From Eledone cirrhosa (taxonomy: Eukaryota): a stretch of 64,000 nucleotides of DNA. The translations under genes and the position numbers were made by a program. A model generated the notes under the pieces. That model did no database searches and was not told the origin of the DNA. It saw only the letters and a list, made by a program, of their open reading frames with translations. The DNA lies in the NCBI GenBank assembly GCA_964016885.1, contig OZ024741.1:84072001-84136000 (forward strand), in the 5' to 3' direction. Below are positions 29,113-41,660 of the stretch, piece after piece. Every line of letters starts with the position of its first letter. Position 1 is the first letter of the stretch.

Positions 29113-29634
29113 ATGAACCAAATCCTACGAACACACGATATCATAAAGAGCAAATTACAATCTAAGTCAATGAAAAACATCCTAACACATGCCAAAGTAC
29201 TGCCAACCACAACAACGAAACCCACAGTAAAAAAATTCGATAGACCCAACTGTGGCATATGCATCAACCTAATAGAGGGCTCGGAATTCTATTTCAAGGA
29301 AAGACAACGTTTTTTAGTAAAACACAATTTCACATGCGCATCAGAAAATCTTATATATGTATTAACTTGCTCAGGTTGTCGAGAACAATACATAGGCCAG
29401 ACCAAAAACAGCCTCCGCCAACGCATGATTGTCCATAGATCCCAAATTAAAATACGGGAATACAGGAAAATACCACTGAGTGGACACATCGGTACCTGTG
29501 CCGCCCAAAATCATCCCAACTTTAGAATCTTTCCCATCTACAAATTTAAAGATAATGCCACTCACACCCAGCGCATCAGCAAGGAATCTCACTTTATTAA
29601 CAAATACGGACCCCGTCTAAACACTTCTCCCTAA
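29113..29634 (+). pseudogene. PLE GIY-YIG endonuclease
   Basis: CGIC..TCASENLIYVLTCSGCREQYIGQTKNSLRQRMIVH..KE..LN. Confidence 0.9.
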
Positions 29635-30695
29635 GACGAACTCACAACATACACACGTCAACATACATACCTACATCAGCATACATCCTACATACATCTC
29701 TATCCACATATAAACACAATGGCATACGTAAACACACATGTTCTATGGTGCAACACAAATATACACAAATTTGCATACCTTTTGATGTCTATAGATATAA
29801 ACGTGCCGACACACACACATACAAATACGCACACATGCATTGCACACTGATGGGCAGATACATATTTGTACACAAGTACTCCAATACGGCAAGGCCTAAT
29901 GGATTCCCCTTGCAGTACGTACAATCTGGACACTCACACACACCTTGGTGTTAAGCCAATACTATATATCACTCCACACCTTTTATTATTAAGGTTTTTG
30001 ATGTTCTATTGAGAGAATCGTTTTTACTGAAAATATCGAATAATGTACAACATTTTTACCAGTATCACAAAAATACTGGTCCACCCTCACACACACACAC
30101 ACATACACACATACACACACACAGACACATATACACACACACACATACACACGCGTACACTAACATACAAAGAGACATATATACACACACACACTTCCCC
30201 GTATAAGACAAGAGCTGAAAAAATCTTTTAACATGTTAAAATATCCCCCACACACGTACAGACACATTCCTACTGACCATCCCTCTACCACGAATTACTC
30301 TGCTACACACACACACACACTTGTCTTAATAGGCATCTGAACTGTTGACCTGTCAACAAACTGCAATTCACACACACATCCCTACTGACCATTATCACAA
30401 CAATGAACCTCTTTACTACTACTACACACACACATATTTGTCTTGAAAGACTTATTTTACAGTTACTTCTCAATCAGCCGAGACAAACCTACATTTGGCG
30501 CAAAATCAATTTTTAACATTCACATGACCTCTACCGACCAATCAAAATTGTTTTGACCACAAGTATTTTTGCAACACGAATAGGCGCGAAACTTATTTTA
30601 ATACATATGGAAGCACTTTTTTCACATAAAAAAGGTAGAACTTCCCAAACTAATCAGATTAGAGCAAATATCACGGGCGCTCTATCACAAAATTA

Positions 30696-30732
30696 TTTTT
30701 GAAAAGCATTAGAAATGCGCAACCGGTAAAAA
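30696..30732 (+). ncRNA. Non-canonical minimal hammerhead-like motif (UUGAAAA / GCAA)
   Basis: ttt-TTGAAAA-gcatt aga aatgc-GCAA-ccgg-TA-aaa; also at 9220-9256 (+) and 8851-8886 (-). Confidence 0.55.
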
Positions 30733-30869
30733 CTTAAAGCCAAACCTGAAGCCAATACTATTACTAATTTTTACTTATTCCTAATTAAACTATTTTTCAC
30801 TGGGAACAATTTGTCAGCATTTTCTTTTCCTTTTACCAATATATCATAACTCGTGTGTTACACCTCTAT

Positions 30870-30955
<86 letters not shown>

Positions 30956-30956
<1 letters not shown>

Positions 30957-31209
30957 AAAATTCAGTACCCAGACGGCTGAGCTCTGGCCGTTTAAACAGC
31001 TACATTCCTTGTCAATTAATTATAATTTCGAAGTAGAAAGTTTTGGTTAATCAGTTTCAATAATAGTGTGAACATTTGTGGATCTAGCTGTTGAAACGGC
31101 CGGAGCTCAGCCGTCGGGGTCCTGAATCTGTTCATATTATCCACTTTACTACCCCCAACTATCGAGTACTCTGGTGAGTAATGGTCAAACTGGTTTTGAC
31201 CACCGCCAA

Positions 31210-31214
<5 letters not shown>
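30956..31214. mobile_element. Short fold-back insert carrying the 3' half of a hammerhead
   Basis: Arms 30956-31002 and 31085-31133; GAAA-cggc..gccGTC at 31093-31115; one-sided tail; (TA)n flanks. Confidence 0.65.
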
Positions 31215-31307
<93 letters not shown>

Positions 31308-31323
31308 TTATAAATATTTCGTA

Positions 31324-32400
31324 CCAGTCAGGTATGGCGGCCTTGGCCTCCGGTCCGCAATCTCACTAGCTTTGCCGGCGTATCTTTTGTCGCTAACCAG
31401 GTGCCGCGTCCGCGTCAGCAAGGTTCTTCAAAACACAACAGAACCCTCTGTGTTCAGAGAACGTGAGGCTACCTGGGAGACATGGGACCGGCTGAGACTT
31501 AGCCCAGTAGACGTCCCTCCTCCTCCTCCCCCTGTTGACGTCAAGTCTCCCAACGCACTTGGGATGCCATCCACTGCAGCCTGGCCTCAGACAAGTTCAC
31601 GCACCAGCTCGACCAGGACAGCCTTCCTTGTTTTCCTGCGGCCTCCAAACCCTTCAGTGGTTCTTGACTCCATGCCCTGCCCTCCTTCTCCACTGGCACG
31701 CAGCTGGACAACCATAGCCTGCGAATTGGCGTTTTCCTGAGACACGGCCTCCGGATCTGCCAGCCACACAAATGTCGCTGCGGTTCCACCGTGGACTCTT
31801 TCGTCCTCCACCCGCTTCCTGTCTCCACAGTGCCGGCCGCATTCCACGCCATGCTGCCCTCAACGAGGTCATTAAGCATGGCTTGGACGCAGCAGGCTTC
31901 CCTTCCCAGCTCGAGCCGGTGGGGCTGGATCGAGAGGAGGGCAAAAGGCCAGATGGCATTACCATCTTCCCGTTCGGCGGTGGCAAACCCCTCGTCTGGG
32001 ATGCCACTTGCACCGACACTTTCTGAAGCCGCAACCTGGTACAGTCTGCGACTGACCCAGGTTCTGCTGAACGTCGGGCTGAGGGGACCACACTCCTCAA
32101 ATACCGGTCGCTCTCCGACAGGTTTGCGGTCGTTCCCCTGGCAGTGGAGACTTCTGGTGTGCTCGCCCCAGGGCTACCTCCTTACTCACCACCATAGGCG
32201 CTGAGCTGGCCAGCCGCAGATGTGATCCCCGCGAGATTGAGTAGCTTTTCCAGCGCGTCTCCCTTGCCATCGTCCAGGGAAACGCCTTCTCCATACTATC
32301 CGCCGGGGCGGTGGGTGGGCCCCATCGCGTACCAATACATTAGTGAAATGCCATTCTTTAATCTGATACAACACAATAAAGACGAAAGTGTTTAAAAAAA
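31324..32400 (+). mobile_element. CRE-like RLE non-LTR retrotransposon, 5'-truncated, with TSD
   Basis: [50 protein letters not shown] and VPLAVETSG. AATAAA and a short A tail. 15-bp direct repeat tataaatatttcgta at 31309-31323 and 32411-32425. Confidence 0.85.
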
Positions 32401-32522
32401 TATATATATATATAAATATTTCGTATATCCAAAGTTTTAGGAAGCCGTAGCTATGCAAACACGGTGTGTGTGTGTTGCTGCTAACGCCCTCTGGGGATGT
32501 CAAGCAGAAAAAAGGGGTGACA

Positions 32523-32566
32523 ACCGTCTATGCATTTCAGGCTTAACTGGCCTTCGTCAGGACGGT
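32523..32566 (-). ncRNA. Minimal type I hammerhead ribozyme (inverted copy)
   Basis: Reverse complement of 32680-32723. Confidence 0.85.
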
Positions 32567-32679
32567 CCGTCCCACCGCAGCTTCATATGCAAACGAGATT
32601 AATCACGTCAATTAGACAGACTAGAAAAGTATATATTCTCGCCTGTCTTCTAGTCCAGCAGTTGCAACCGGTGGTAGGG

Positions 32680-32723
32680 ACCGTCCTGACGAAGGCCAGT
32701 TAAGCCTGAAATGCATAGACGGT
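32680..32723 (+). ncRNA. Minimal type I hammerhead ribozyme
   Basis: accgtc-CTGACGA-aggc cagttaa gcct-GAAA-tgc-ATA-gacggt; stem III is the palindrome ATGCAT. Confidence 0.85.
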
Positions 32724-32865
32724 TGTCCCCCTTGCTTCTGCCGGACATCACCAGAGGGCGTTAGCCCCCCGGGGTTTGCATAGCTACGGCTTCCTAAAAC
32801 CGTATTTCTTTGGAGATACGAAATATTTATACATATTGTATAAAGCTATGTCTGAAGCGAAATCG

Positions 32866-32912
<47 letters not shown>

Positions 32913-33099
32913 GTGTGTGTGCGTGCGTGTGTGTGTGTGTGTATGTATGTATGTATATATATATATTTCTATATTACATATATATATATGTGTGTGTATA
33001 TATTTGTATATATAAATATATATTTGTATATATATATACATAGATATATATATATACGATAATACTTGTTGAAATTGAAACTGTTCAACCTACGCCGGC

Positions 33100-33172
<73 letters not shown>

Positions 33173-33194
33173 TATATACATATATATATATATG

Positions 33195-33230
<36 letters not shown>

Positions 33231-34634
33231 TAAAATAACAGATTAAAGTTTAAACAAAGAATCGCTGCTTTCACCCTTAAAGGGATCTTATGCCGGCGTA
33301 GTTTGAACAGTTTCAATTTCAACAAGATTTATCGTTGCACCCAACTTATACTGACCGAAATCTCCGCTCTTCGCGCACTTCGGCGATGCAATGACATTAT
33401 CTTCAAGACCGGCGATAAAGATCACACCATAATGGTATGGCGCGTAGCGTTTTACAGGACTGAGGGTCTCTGTCAGTTTCATGAAACGCAATTTATTCGC
33501 CCTTTATCATCTGACCACAGTTGGAATGCAATCGACCCGTTTAGCGATTCTGACTAGCAACAAGCCTAGACTTAATTTGTTGACTCCAGAAAAATGAATG
33601 GCAAAGGAAGACACGGTCGGAATTTAACTCGTAACACAAGGAACCGCGTTAAATAACTCGTAGCATAAGCAAAGAGTTAGAAAATCAGATGAACGGGAAA
33701 GTCGAGTATATCGACACCATTAACTGCTTCATGATTTTATAAAACGTGGAAGGATGCAAGGCAACGTTGTCCTTGGTGGAATTACAGTATAGAAAGTTGT
33801 AATTTTCGTCATACGATCTACCGATACTGCCAAACCACCACCTCTATCTGAGTGAATTAACGCGAAACTATTTTTCTGACATCGTAACACATCTGTCATC
33901 TCGCAAGCTTGTTTATTTCTGTTCTAATAGCGTATCTTAGAATGTAAATGACATAATACTTCGAGAAAACCACGGAAGTAAAAAAGTTAGAGTAATTTAT
34001 ATAATAGTTATAGAAAGACCACATATGTAACTATTAGTCTAGGGTAATTGATATAATATTTAAAGAGAGACCACAAAAGTATTCAAGTCAAGAATTATTT
34101 CTGCGTACTTCCAATGGCTGAAAAGGCCTTCTATGTATTGACATTTCTGTCAATAGTGTTGTTCACTCATTTCTCACTAGTTTTATTATTGTTGTCCTTT
34201 TTGTGGTCGTTCATTTCATTACTTGTGTTGTTTTTGTTGCTGATGTTGTGGCTGCTGCTGCTTGACACATCTACGCACGCCAGGTTGCTGAGTGGAGGTG
34301 TTATATCTAGTGCCATTGATCCTAGTTGAATTAGCTTCGATAAAGGTGGCTGCAGGCTAGTTCTTGTTTGTAAAGGGAAGGTGAAGTTTCGGATGGTTAT
34401 TCTTGCTCCAGACCAAAATGTGTTTGTGTGTATTGACCAATGAGAATAAAACAAAGTCGAAGACAGGTTCCTCATTAGTTCATGGTTTTACGATTGTTTC
34501 AAATGTTTCATTGATCATATTAAATCGATATATTAACTACTAGATTGTGGGTATCGCACCATTTATTTCTATACTCGATAGCGCACATCCATCTTACCGT
34601 CTTACTCAGAAACATTGTTAGAGATAATTAAAAT

Positions 34635-34810
34635 GGTTTCTGATTTAGACACAAGCCCAATAGGTGAAACTCGGTTAAATCGACTCCAGTGCGCCACTGG
34701 TACTTTATCGACCCCGTAAGAATGAAAGGCAAAGCTAACCTCGGTGGTATTTAAAATCAAAGAGCCGTAAATCTATGTGGCAATGCGTGTTATCCGACTC
34801 TCTACCGACT
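34635..34810 (-). mobile_element. SINE, degraded
   Basis: ctggtactttatcgaccccgtaagaatgaaaggcaaag core. Confidence 0.7.
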
Positions 34811-35026
34811 TTTAGAAGTGAAAAACAATTAGTTCATTTATTTTTATTGTCAACATAACCCTTCTCAAGCAAAAGAAGCTAGAGAAAGACCAGATAAGTA
34901 ACCAAGTCTAGCATAATTGAAATAATATTTGGCGAATGCCCACATGAGTAACCAAGTAACTGATATAATAGCCGAAGACGAAAGAAGTAACCAAGTCTAC
35001 TTACTTTAATGTTCTGAGAAATAATT

Positions 35027-35197
35027 GTTTCCACTTTTGGCACAAGGCCATCAATTACCAGTACATTACTGGTACTTTATTTTATCAACCCCGTAGGATT
35101 AAAGGCAAAGTTACCTCGGCGGGATTTGATCTCAGACCGTAAACGGACGTAACTATGCTGGAAAGCATGGTGTCCGACCCTCTACCTATACTGCCAA
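35027..35197 (-). mobile_element. tRNA-derived SINE
   Basis: Same family as 19401-19573, reverse orientation. Confidence 0.85.
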
Positions 35198-37006
35198 TAT
35201 AATGTTCCCATCATTCAATCCAACAACTTCTACGTGATCATTTTATTAAGTTCTTGGATCTGGAGGGAATGTTCTAAGCTATCAAAAAACAATGAGTTAC
35301 TTTCAGAACGGAATAATGATGAAAATAATTAAATTGAATCAGTCATATAAGAGAAATGCTACAATTTTCTGTACAATTCAATGAACATGGTATGTCTGTG
35401 GCTCGTCTTTGAACATAGCAGATTAAAGACTAAGTAGTCATGACAGTAACTGAAACACGAAACAAAGTAGTACCAATGGCCTTAAATGGTTTATCTAATT
35501 ATTCAGTTCCAACTGCATAATATCTAATTACTTTTGATAGAACGGTGCTAATATTTGCTCAACTTGCGTTAGGATTCTTCCATAATTTACCCGAACAGAA
35601 TTGATCTATGTAAGAGATAGACAAACCTACTTTCCTATCTCCTCGAAAGTGATATATTATGAAGATCGCAAGTAATTCTTCATTCTTCTTAACTTTTAAA
35701 GTGGCTGGTATAAATCACATTCAAAATGTATATCTATCAGTTTGTTTCCTTTACAAAAGACTGATGTAGTCATGAGAAAATGAAATAGATGTTCTCTGCC
35801 ATCAAAAAAGGAAGATAAAAAAGAAAAAGAAGGCTGATACACTCATATGTGAAAAATTAGAAATATTTTCTCATATATTCGTTGCCATCTGCATTAATTT
35901 ATGATTCTGTTGTAAAGTTCAACTGAGATCCAAGGCACCTATATTTCACAATATTTTCTATACTGTGTCAAAATAAATGACATATAAGTTATGAATTCTA
36001 GAAACTGACAAGAAAATACAATATATATTTGTCTTTGTTTAAGATATCTTATCTACTTGAAGTAGGCGGCGACGTAGCAGAATCCTTAGAACACCGAATA
36101 GAATTATCTCTCTCTCTCCATCTATCTATATATCTCGCTCTCCCTTCTCTCTCTTTTTCTTGCTCTCTATCCGATGTGTGTGCGTATGTGTGTGTGTATT
36201 CAGACGTGGTAAGGTATTAAAAATCCCCAAGACACGCCGTATAGCTCGACGGCGTCTTTACGTCTCAATCATGATCTCATGGCCCATTGATGAATGCTGT
36301 TTATTTATTTATTTATTTTGACGTGGCGCTTTTGAACGTTCATGTTTTTCTCCGCTATCATAGTTCAATTGCTATTTCATAATCCCTCTTAGTCAATTTA
36401 CATGTCTAAAGGGTGGCGTTTCTCTTGGAAAATTCCTTTTTAACAAGAAACATATAAACTTACATGAACTGAAGTATTTTTTTCGCTGTGTAATGTGAAC
36501 ATTTATTTGCATACAAATACACACACACACACTCACATATGTACATACATACATAGATACATATATATATAGTTAGTGTAAAAAAAACACATATCCAAGT
36601 TAAAACATTCTCTCTCTCCTCACCATATATATTATTCATTATTTTACTCGATTCTGTCATTAAACTGCGGCTATCATAGTGAAATGATTTCATCAATTAT
36701 ATCGGCCATACATAGTCTTTAGATAAGGTATGTGTTCATCGACTTCCTTACGACGAACGTCTAATTTACACATAGTAAAGGTAAGCATACACTACCCATC
36801 AAACATATACACATTTCCTGACCACACATTTTACACACGAAGAAAAGCAGGTTTCTTGTACTAATTGCAACGTGGTAGGACTGTGTCAGGAAGCACGTGC
36901 TTTTGAAGGGAAACCGTTAAGCACCCATACATTTCCGTGCCTATATATGTATATACATATATATGGCTTTTGTGCCACACTCCATATATATACATATATA
37001 TATATA

Positions 37007-37127
37007 TGGAGTGTGGCCCAAAAGCCATAGATCATTTTAAAATATAATAACGTTTTTACAATTAATTTTTATTAGATATAAGGGTTATTATATTTTGAAA
37101 TAGTCTTGTGACTTTTGGGGAACCCTG
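37007..37127. mobile_element. Possible Tc1/mariner-type MITE
   Basis: Imperfect TIRs (gagtgtggcccaaaagcc / gacttttggggaaccctg) and an internally palindromic AT-rich body. Confidence 0.45.
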
Positions 37128-37857
37128 CATATACAAATATGAGCGTGTGTGGGGGGTGAAAGACGGCTAATTTGCTAGAGTCGTTAGTGGGGTGGATATT
37201 TGTTCTTGGTCTCTGCCTTCTGAGTTCCAATTCCGCCGCGGTGAAATTTGCTTTTCGTACTGTCGGACTTCATGATGTGCCAACTCCGTTCTGGTGCATC
37301 CATCTCTCCTTTCCGCTGTCAAAACATGGATGTTCTGCTTGATCAAGAATGTGTATATGTCCATTCATGACTGTATGGTTACCTTAATCCCATTGTGAGT
37401 GACATCTGTAGTCATAGTAGTATTATAGTCGTGTGTATGTGTTTGTGTGTGGGGGCGGTGTAAAAGAGCTCATATATGTAATGATTGATTTATACATTTT
37501 TATTTTTATATATTGTATTATAAGGGCGATATTGTATATAATTTCAATTATTTTTTTGTTTTTCACTTACCTTCTTTCTATATCTCTTTGCCCCCCCCCC
37601 CATCTCTCTCTCTCCCTTTCTTTCTTAGAAGTGCTTAAACATATCTAGCTTACTAGTATGTCCAGTTGAACAAATAAAACAATACTTTCCTCAAATAATT
37701 CTACATGCTATATTTACATAAAAATACAGCGTCATCCAAATCCTCTGTTGTCTGCTATTTGGGAGAAATAGAAGTAGATAGAAATATTTGGATACAAAAC
37801 TAAAAACTACAAAAGTGAACACAAATAAATAGACACAAAATTAGGTGGAGATAATGG

Positions 37858-37859
<2 letters not shown>

Positions 37860-37914
<55 letters not shown>

Positions 37915-38050
37915 TGAGGAGAGAGAGAGAGAAGGAGAGAGAGAAATGAAGAGAAAGAGAAATAAAGAGAGAGAGAGAGAGAAATGAAGAGAGAGAGAAA
38001 TGAAGGGGGAGAGAGAGGGAGATAGAGAGAGGAAGAGAGGGAGAAAGAGG
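37860..38050. repeat. (GA)n-rich low-complexity tract
   Basis: Direct reading. Confidence 0.9.
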
Positions 38051-38835
38051 GGGTGGCAATAAAAATACAAAAGGAATGAGATGGGGAAAATGAGTGAAAA
38101 ATAAAATGGCTTAAAAAACAGAAAAAATAAGAAAATCTAGGAATCGACGCCTAATACACATTTTTTTTTTCTACACAGAAAAAATAGTAATGAATAACAG
38201 AGGTGAGTGTAAAATGATAGAGAGGATGAGAAAGATGTAAAGAGAGAAACTGAAAGGGAGAGAAGTAGGTAGTGGCAAAATATACAGATAGAAATATAGA
38301 TTGGTATAAAATAATATAAAGTTTATATATATATATATATATGATATTAAACGCACAAAATATAGTGAATTTGGAATCAATGACTAAATAGACATTTTTT
38401 TAACAACAATGGTGGCTATGGATATTAAAGTTATATAGAGAGAAACAAAGTGAGAAAGAGACAAGTTGGGAGAGAGATAAAGGAATAAAAAATATTGCGG
38501 AAACATATACACAGAAAAATACAGCAATAAAGTGAAATAAGATTATAAAGCATGTAAAAAAATATATATACATAAAGACAATTTGGATTCAATGACTAAA
38601 TAGACCTTGTTCATTCAACACTGAAATTAGAAACTGGATAAAAGATGCCGCCATGATAACAATTGTTGTAAACGGTCAAACTGGCACTGTTCTCATCAAG
38701 AAAGACAACCATGTGTAAATATTTCCATATAACTGTCATTTACAGGTTTGCATTTTAACAAGAAATCTCACTCCTCAAATGACAGCTAATAGCTTATGTT
38801 GATTTTCATACACACACACACATACATATACACAC

Positions 38836-38887
<52 letters not shown>

Positions 38888-38888
38888 C

Positions 38889-39045
38889 AGTGGAATCTTA
38901 GTAGCATTTGTTGCACTTTGAACATGTTTTATAGCATTTATTGGAGATCATTTACGTTCTGAGTTCAAATCCCACCAATGTTACCTTTGCCTTTCATCCT
39001 TGCGTGGCTCGATAAAATAAAGTACTAATCAAATACAGGAGTAGA
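38889..39045 (+). mobile_element. SINE, degraded
   Basis: ctgagttcaaatccc..ctttgcctttcatcctt..cgataaaataaagtac. Confidence 0.75.
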
Positions 39046-39246
39046 TTCGTCATCTATATCTCTTTCTTACTCCCACTCTCCCACTCTCTGTCCTTCTCTG
39101 GAAGAAATCTGCTGTATTCAGACCTATTGAGGAGATGGGCTCCGCCAGGTTTTACAAAATTGACCAAGAAATGCCGTATTTTTATACGGCGTATCTGCGA
39201 CCCGCCAGAAGTTGCGTGATCATGAATTCATGCATACATACATAAA

Positions 39247-39326
<80 letters not shown>

Positions 39327-39327
39327 T

Positions 39328-39575
39328 CCTTCCTCTTCTTTTCCCACTTGTTCCCGAGAGGGTCGTGGGGGCAGGGTCCACAAACATTCCTTCCAGTGGG
39401 TTCTTACAGAAGCAACCGTCTCCAAATGATCCGACTGGATCTCAGAGCGAGATGAGCCAAGCTCATAGATATACAACCAACCTGTTCGTTGTCTACCCCT
39501 AGGTCCCCTACTGGCTGGTTTGGCCTGCAATATATGTTCAGTGATTCTTTCCTCCTGAGACATTCTAACCACATG
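39328..39575 (-). mobile_element. RTE (Expander/Rex3-like) LINE 3' end
   Basis: VRMSQEERI..AKPASRGPRGRQRTGW..LETVA..W..LPPRP. Confidence 0.7.
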
Positions 39576-39589
39576 CCCATAGTATCGGA

Positions 39590-40640
39590 GCTGTCATCTC
39601 TTAATTCGGAAAAGTACAATCTACTATACTGCTGTGATAGATAAACAATGTCAACGATATCAGAGTCATTCATTCAAGTGATTCTGCTTTAAAGCACTGA
39701 TTATTGAAAAGGCTAACACTGGTAAGGGTTCTGAATTGTAAACCTAAATCGAGGTCACTATAAGCATGGTGTAACATCACTGAAAAGAAAAGTGCAAAGA
39801 GAACTAGGTCCAAGACACAGACTTGTGTGTACAGTTTGAAATTTCGAAAGCGTCTGCAATTTATCTATCTGATAAAGCAGATGCTTTCTGCCCTGCATGA
39901 AAGAAGAATATGACATTTAGCATTCTATTAACAATGCCAATTCATTGGTGAACTACCTATAGAGGTTTGGAGTTTAAGGTGCCGATACTTTTCTTAAATT
40001 TATAAAACCCTACATATTTCATGATTTTACTCACGAAATTTGTCAGCAACTTAACGTAGTTAAAACATCAGTCCTTGTGTTACACAGGATCTACAATCTC
40101 GTTATGACTGGAGAGTTGTCCATTATGGATGGCAGTGTCTAGGATTTTACCGGCATTATAGATGAGAGGCGTCCGACGTACGTCGGACGCCTCTCATCTT
40201 TACTTCCCTTGTTTTTTATGGATGCATCCTTGCAGTTCTGTGGTACACACACAACTATACAGATGACTTCAAAACCCTACCACCACGTTTAAATGTTTCT
40301 TGTGGTATTCAATTCTCACCGTGGGCTTGTGTGATGAGATTCGCTTTATGATAGCTTGAAGTTTCATTAAATATGGTTCAACAGGCAACTCCACGATTCC
40401 TAGTCTTTGAGTAATAGAATGCTATACATTAATGCAGATGAAAGCAATGAAGTTATGAACAGCCTCAGAATGCCCCTTCGATTCGTAAATAATGAGAGTT
40501 TTATCAGTTAAAAGAGTTTGACCATCAGAAAACAGGATAAGATATGAACCAGGGGACCACGCAGATGTGGAGACTTTCATATATAGCGTTTCATTCCTTT
40601 TTGTTTCCTTCCTCCTGGATTTTAACTGCTTTAGATGAAC
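39590..40640 (-). mobile_element. RTE/BovB-like LINE, heavily decayed
   Basis: Remnants SDGQTLLTDK, DASIKT, AGKIL and CVLDLVLFALFFS. Confidence 0.55.
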
Positions 40641-40699
40641 ACCATTCTCCTAGAGGAGGGCATTCTTTGTATACATGCTCTTTGATTTTAACAACTTCA

Positions 40700-41300
40700 T
40701 CATTGATCTAGGTCTTGTAAGAATCATGTATCTTTTGGGGAATCTGTTGAACAGCTGCTTTGTTAATCAAGACCAGGATGAATATCATCCGCAAGTTGGC
40801 AGTAAACAGCTGCAGGTCTGATACACATACACTTCAAACTGCATGCTTAGCACTTGCATATTCAGTTGCAAAATCCTGTACCCCCATCTGGGCAGGGCTG
40901 CCATATTAAATAATTTGACATCATCCTCAACGCGGCAATGAGAATAGTACCTGGCACACTGAAATCTAGACCTACTCAGTAGCTGCCTATCCTTTCTCAT
41001 ACAGATCCTTCGCACTTGTGGCGTAAGGAAATTATGCGCTAAGCAACACTTGTTATGAAGCCCAAACTTCCCATCCATGTGGAAAACCTTCCCACGTTAA
41101 CCATTCTGGGAATCAATGACGAAGATCACGAAATTAAACCAAATATGCCAGTCAAGACCTACTCCAGGACCGAACATCTAAACCAGGTGGCATTGACTTT
41201 CCCAGAAAGCGATGGCTGTCACTTAATCAGATCCGGACATCAGATGCCAGAACAGCCAATCATCTCCATCGATGGAAAATTAAAGACGCTTAACCCTTGC
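40700..41300 (+). mobile_element. Ingi/Vingi-like LINE C-terminal fragment, decayed
   Basis: KLAVNSCRSDTHTLQTACLALAY..DIILNAAMRIVPGTLK resembles the KLAGSxWGAxxxTLRTSALAL..LNxxMRxIxGxLK motif. Confidence 0.55.
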
Positions 41301-41576
41301 TCGCTTGTCTCCGCAAGCTATTGGTGATATGTCATACGACAAGAAGGAAATCTGTATTCTCCAGCAATCTTTCAGTTTGAGAAGTACCTGCAAGATGTAT
41401 ATCAATGAATGAGGAAATGTCAAGTTTATATATTAGCAGGACATGTGGTATTATCACCGTTTCCAGTTCTAGAGTGTAATTCTTAAGTTTTTGTTTACGG
41501 ACATTCTACGAAGGGAGAAGATTATACACTTACACACACCACATACACACACACATACACAAACACATACACACAC

Positions 41577-41660
<84 letters not shown>

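Larger units (their letters stand above)
26896..30873 (+). mobile_element. Neptune-like Penelope element, near full length, pseudogenised
   Basis: LLSKGLKFTP, IKEAEKGSTVV, FYGIPKIHK, LRPIIAG, FDVVNLYSNIPH, GTAVGT and RYLDNCF (YLDD mutated), then a GIY-YIG domain and a 3' UTR/pLTR. (TA)n lies on both sides. Confidence 0.92.
32411..32870. mobile_element. Fold-back PLE pLTR insert with two intact hammerheads
   Basis: Arms 32411-32577 and 32669-32831, plus a ~39-nt one-sided tail followed by (TA)n. Confidence 0.85.

Noticed and set aside
34895-35002. Three spaced agtaaccaagt repeats (CRISPR-like spacing)
   Set aside because: Only an 11-bp unit, irregular spacing, a eukaryotic context and no cas genes.
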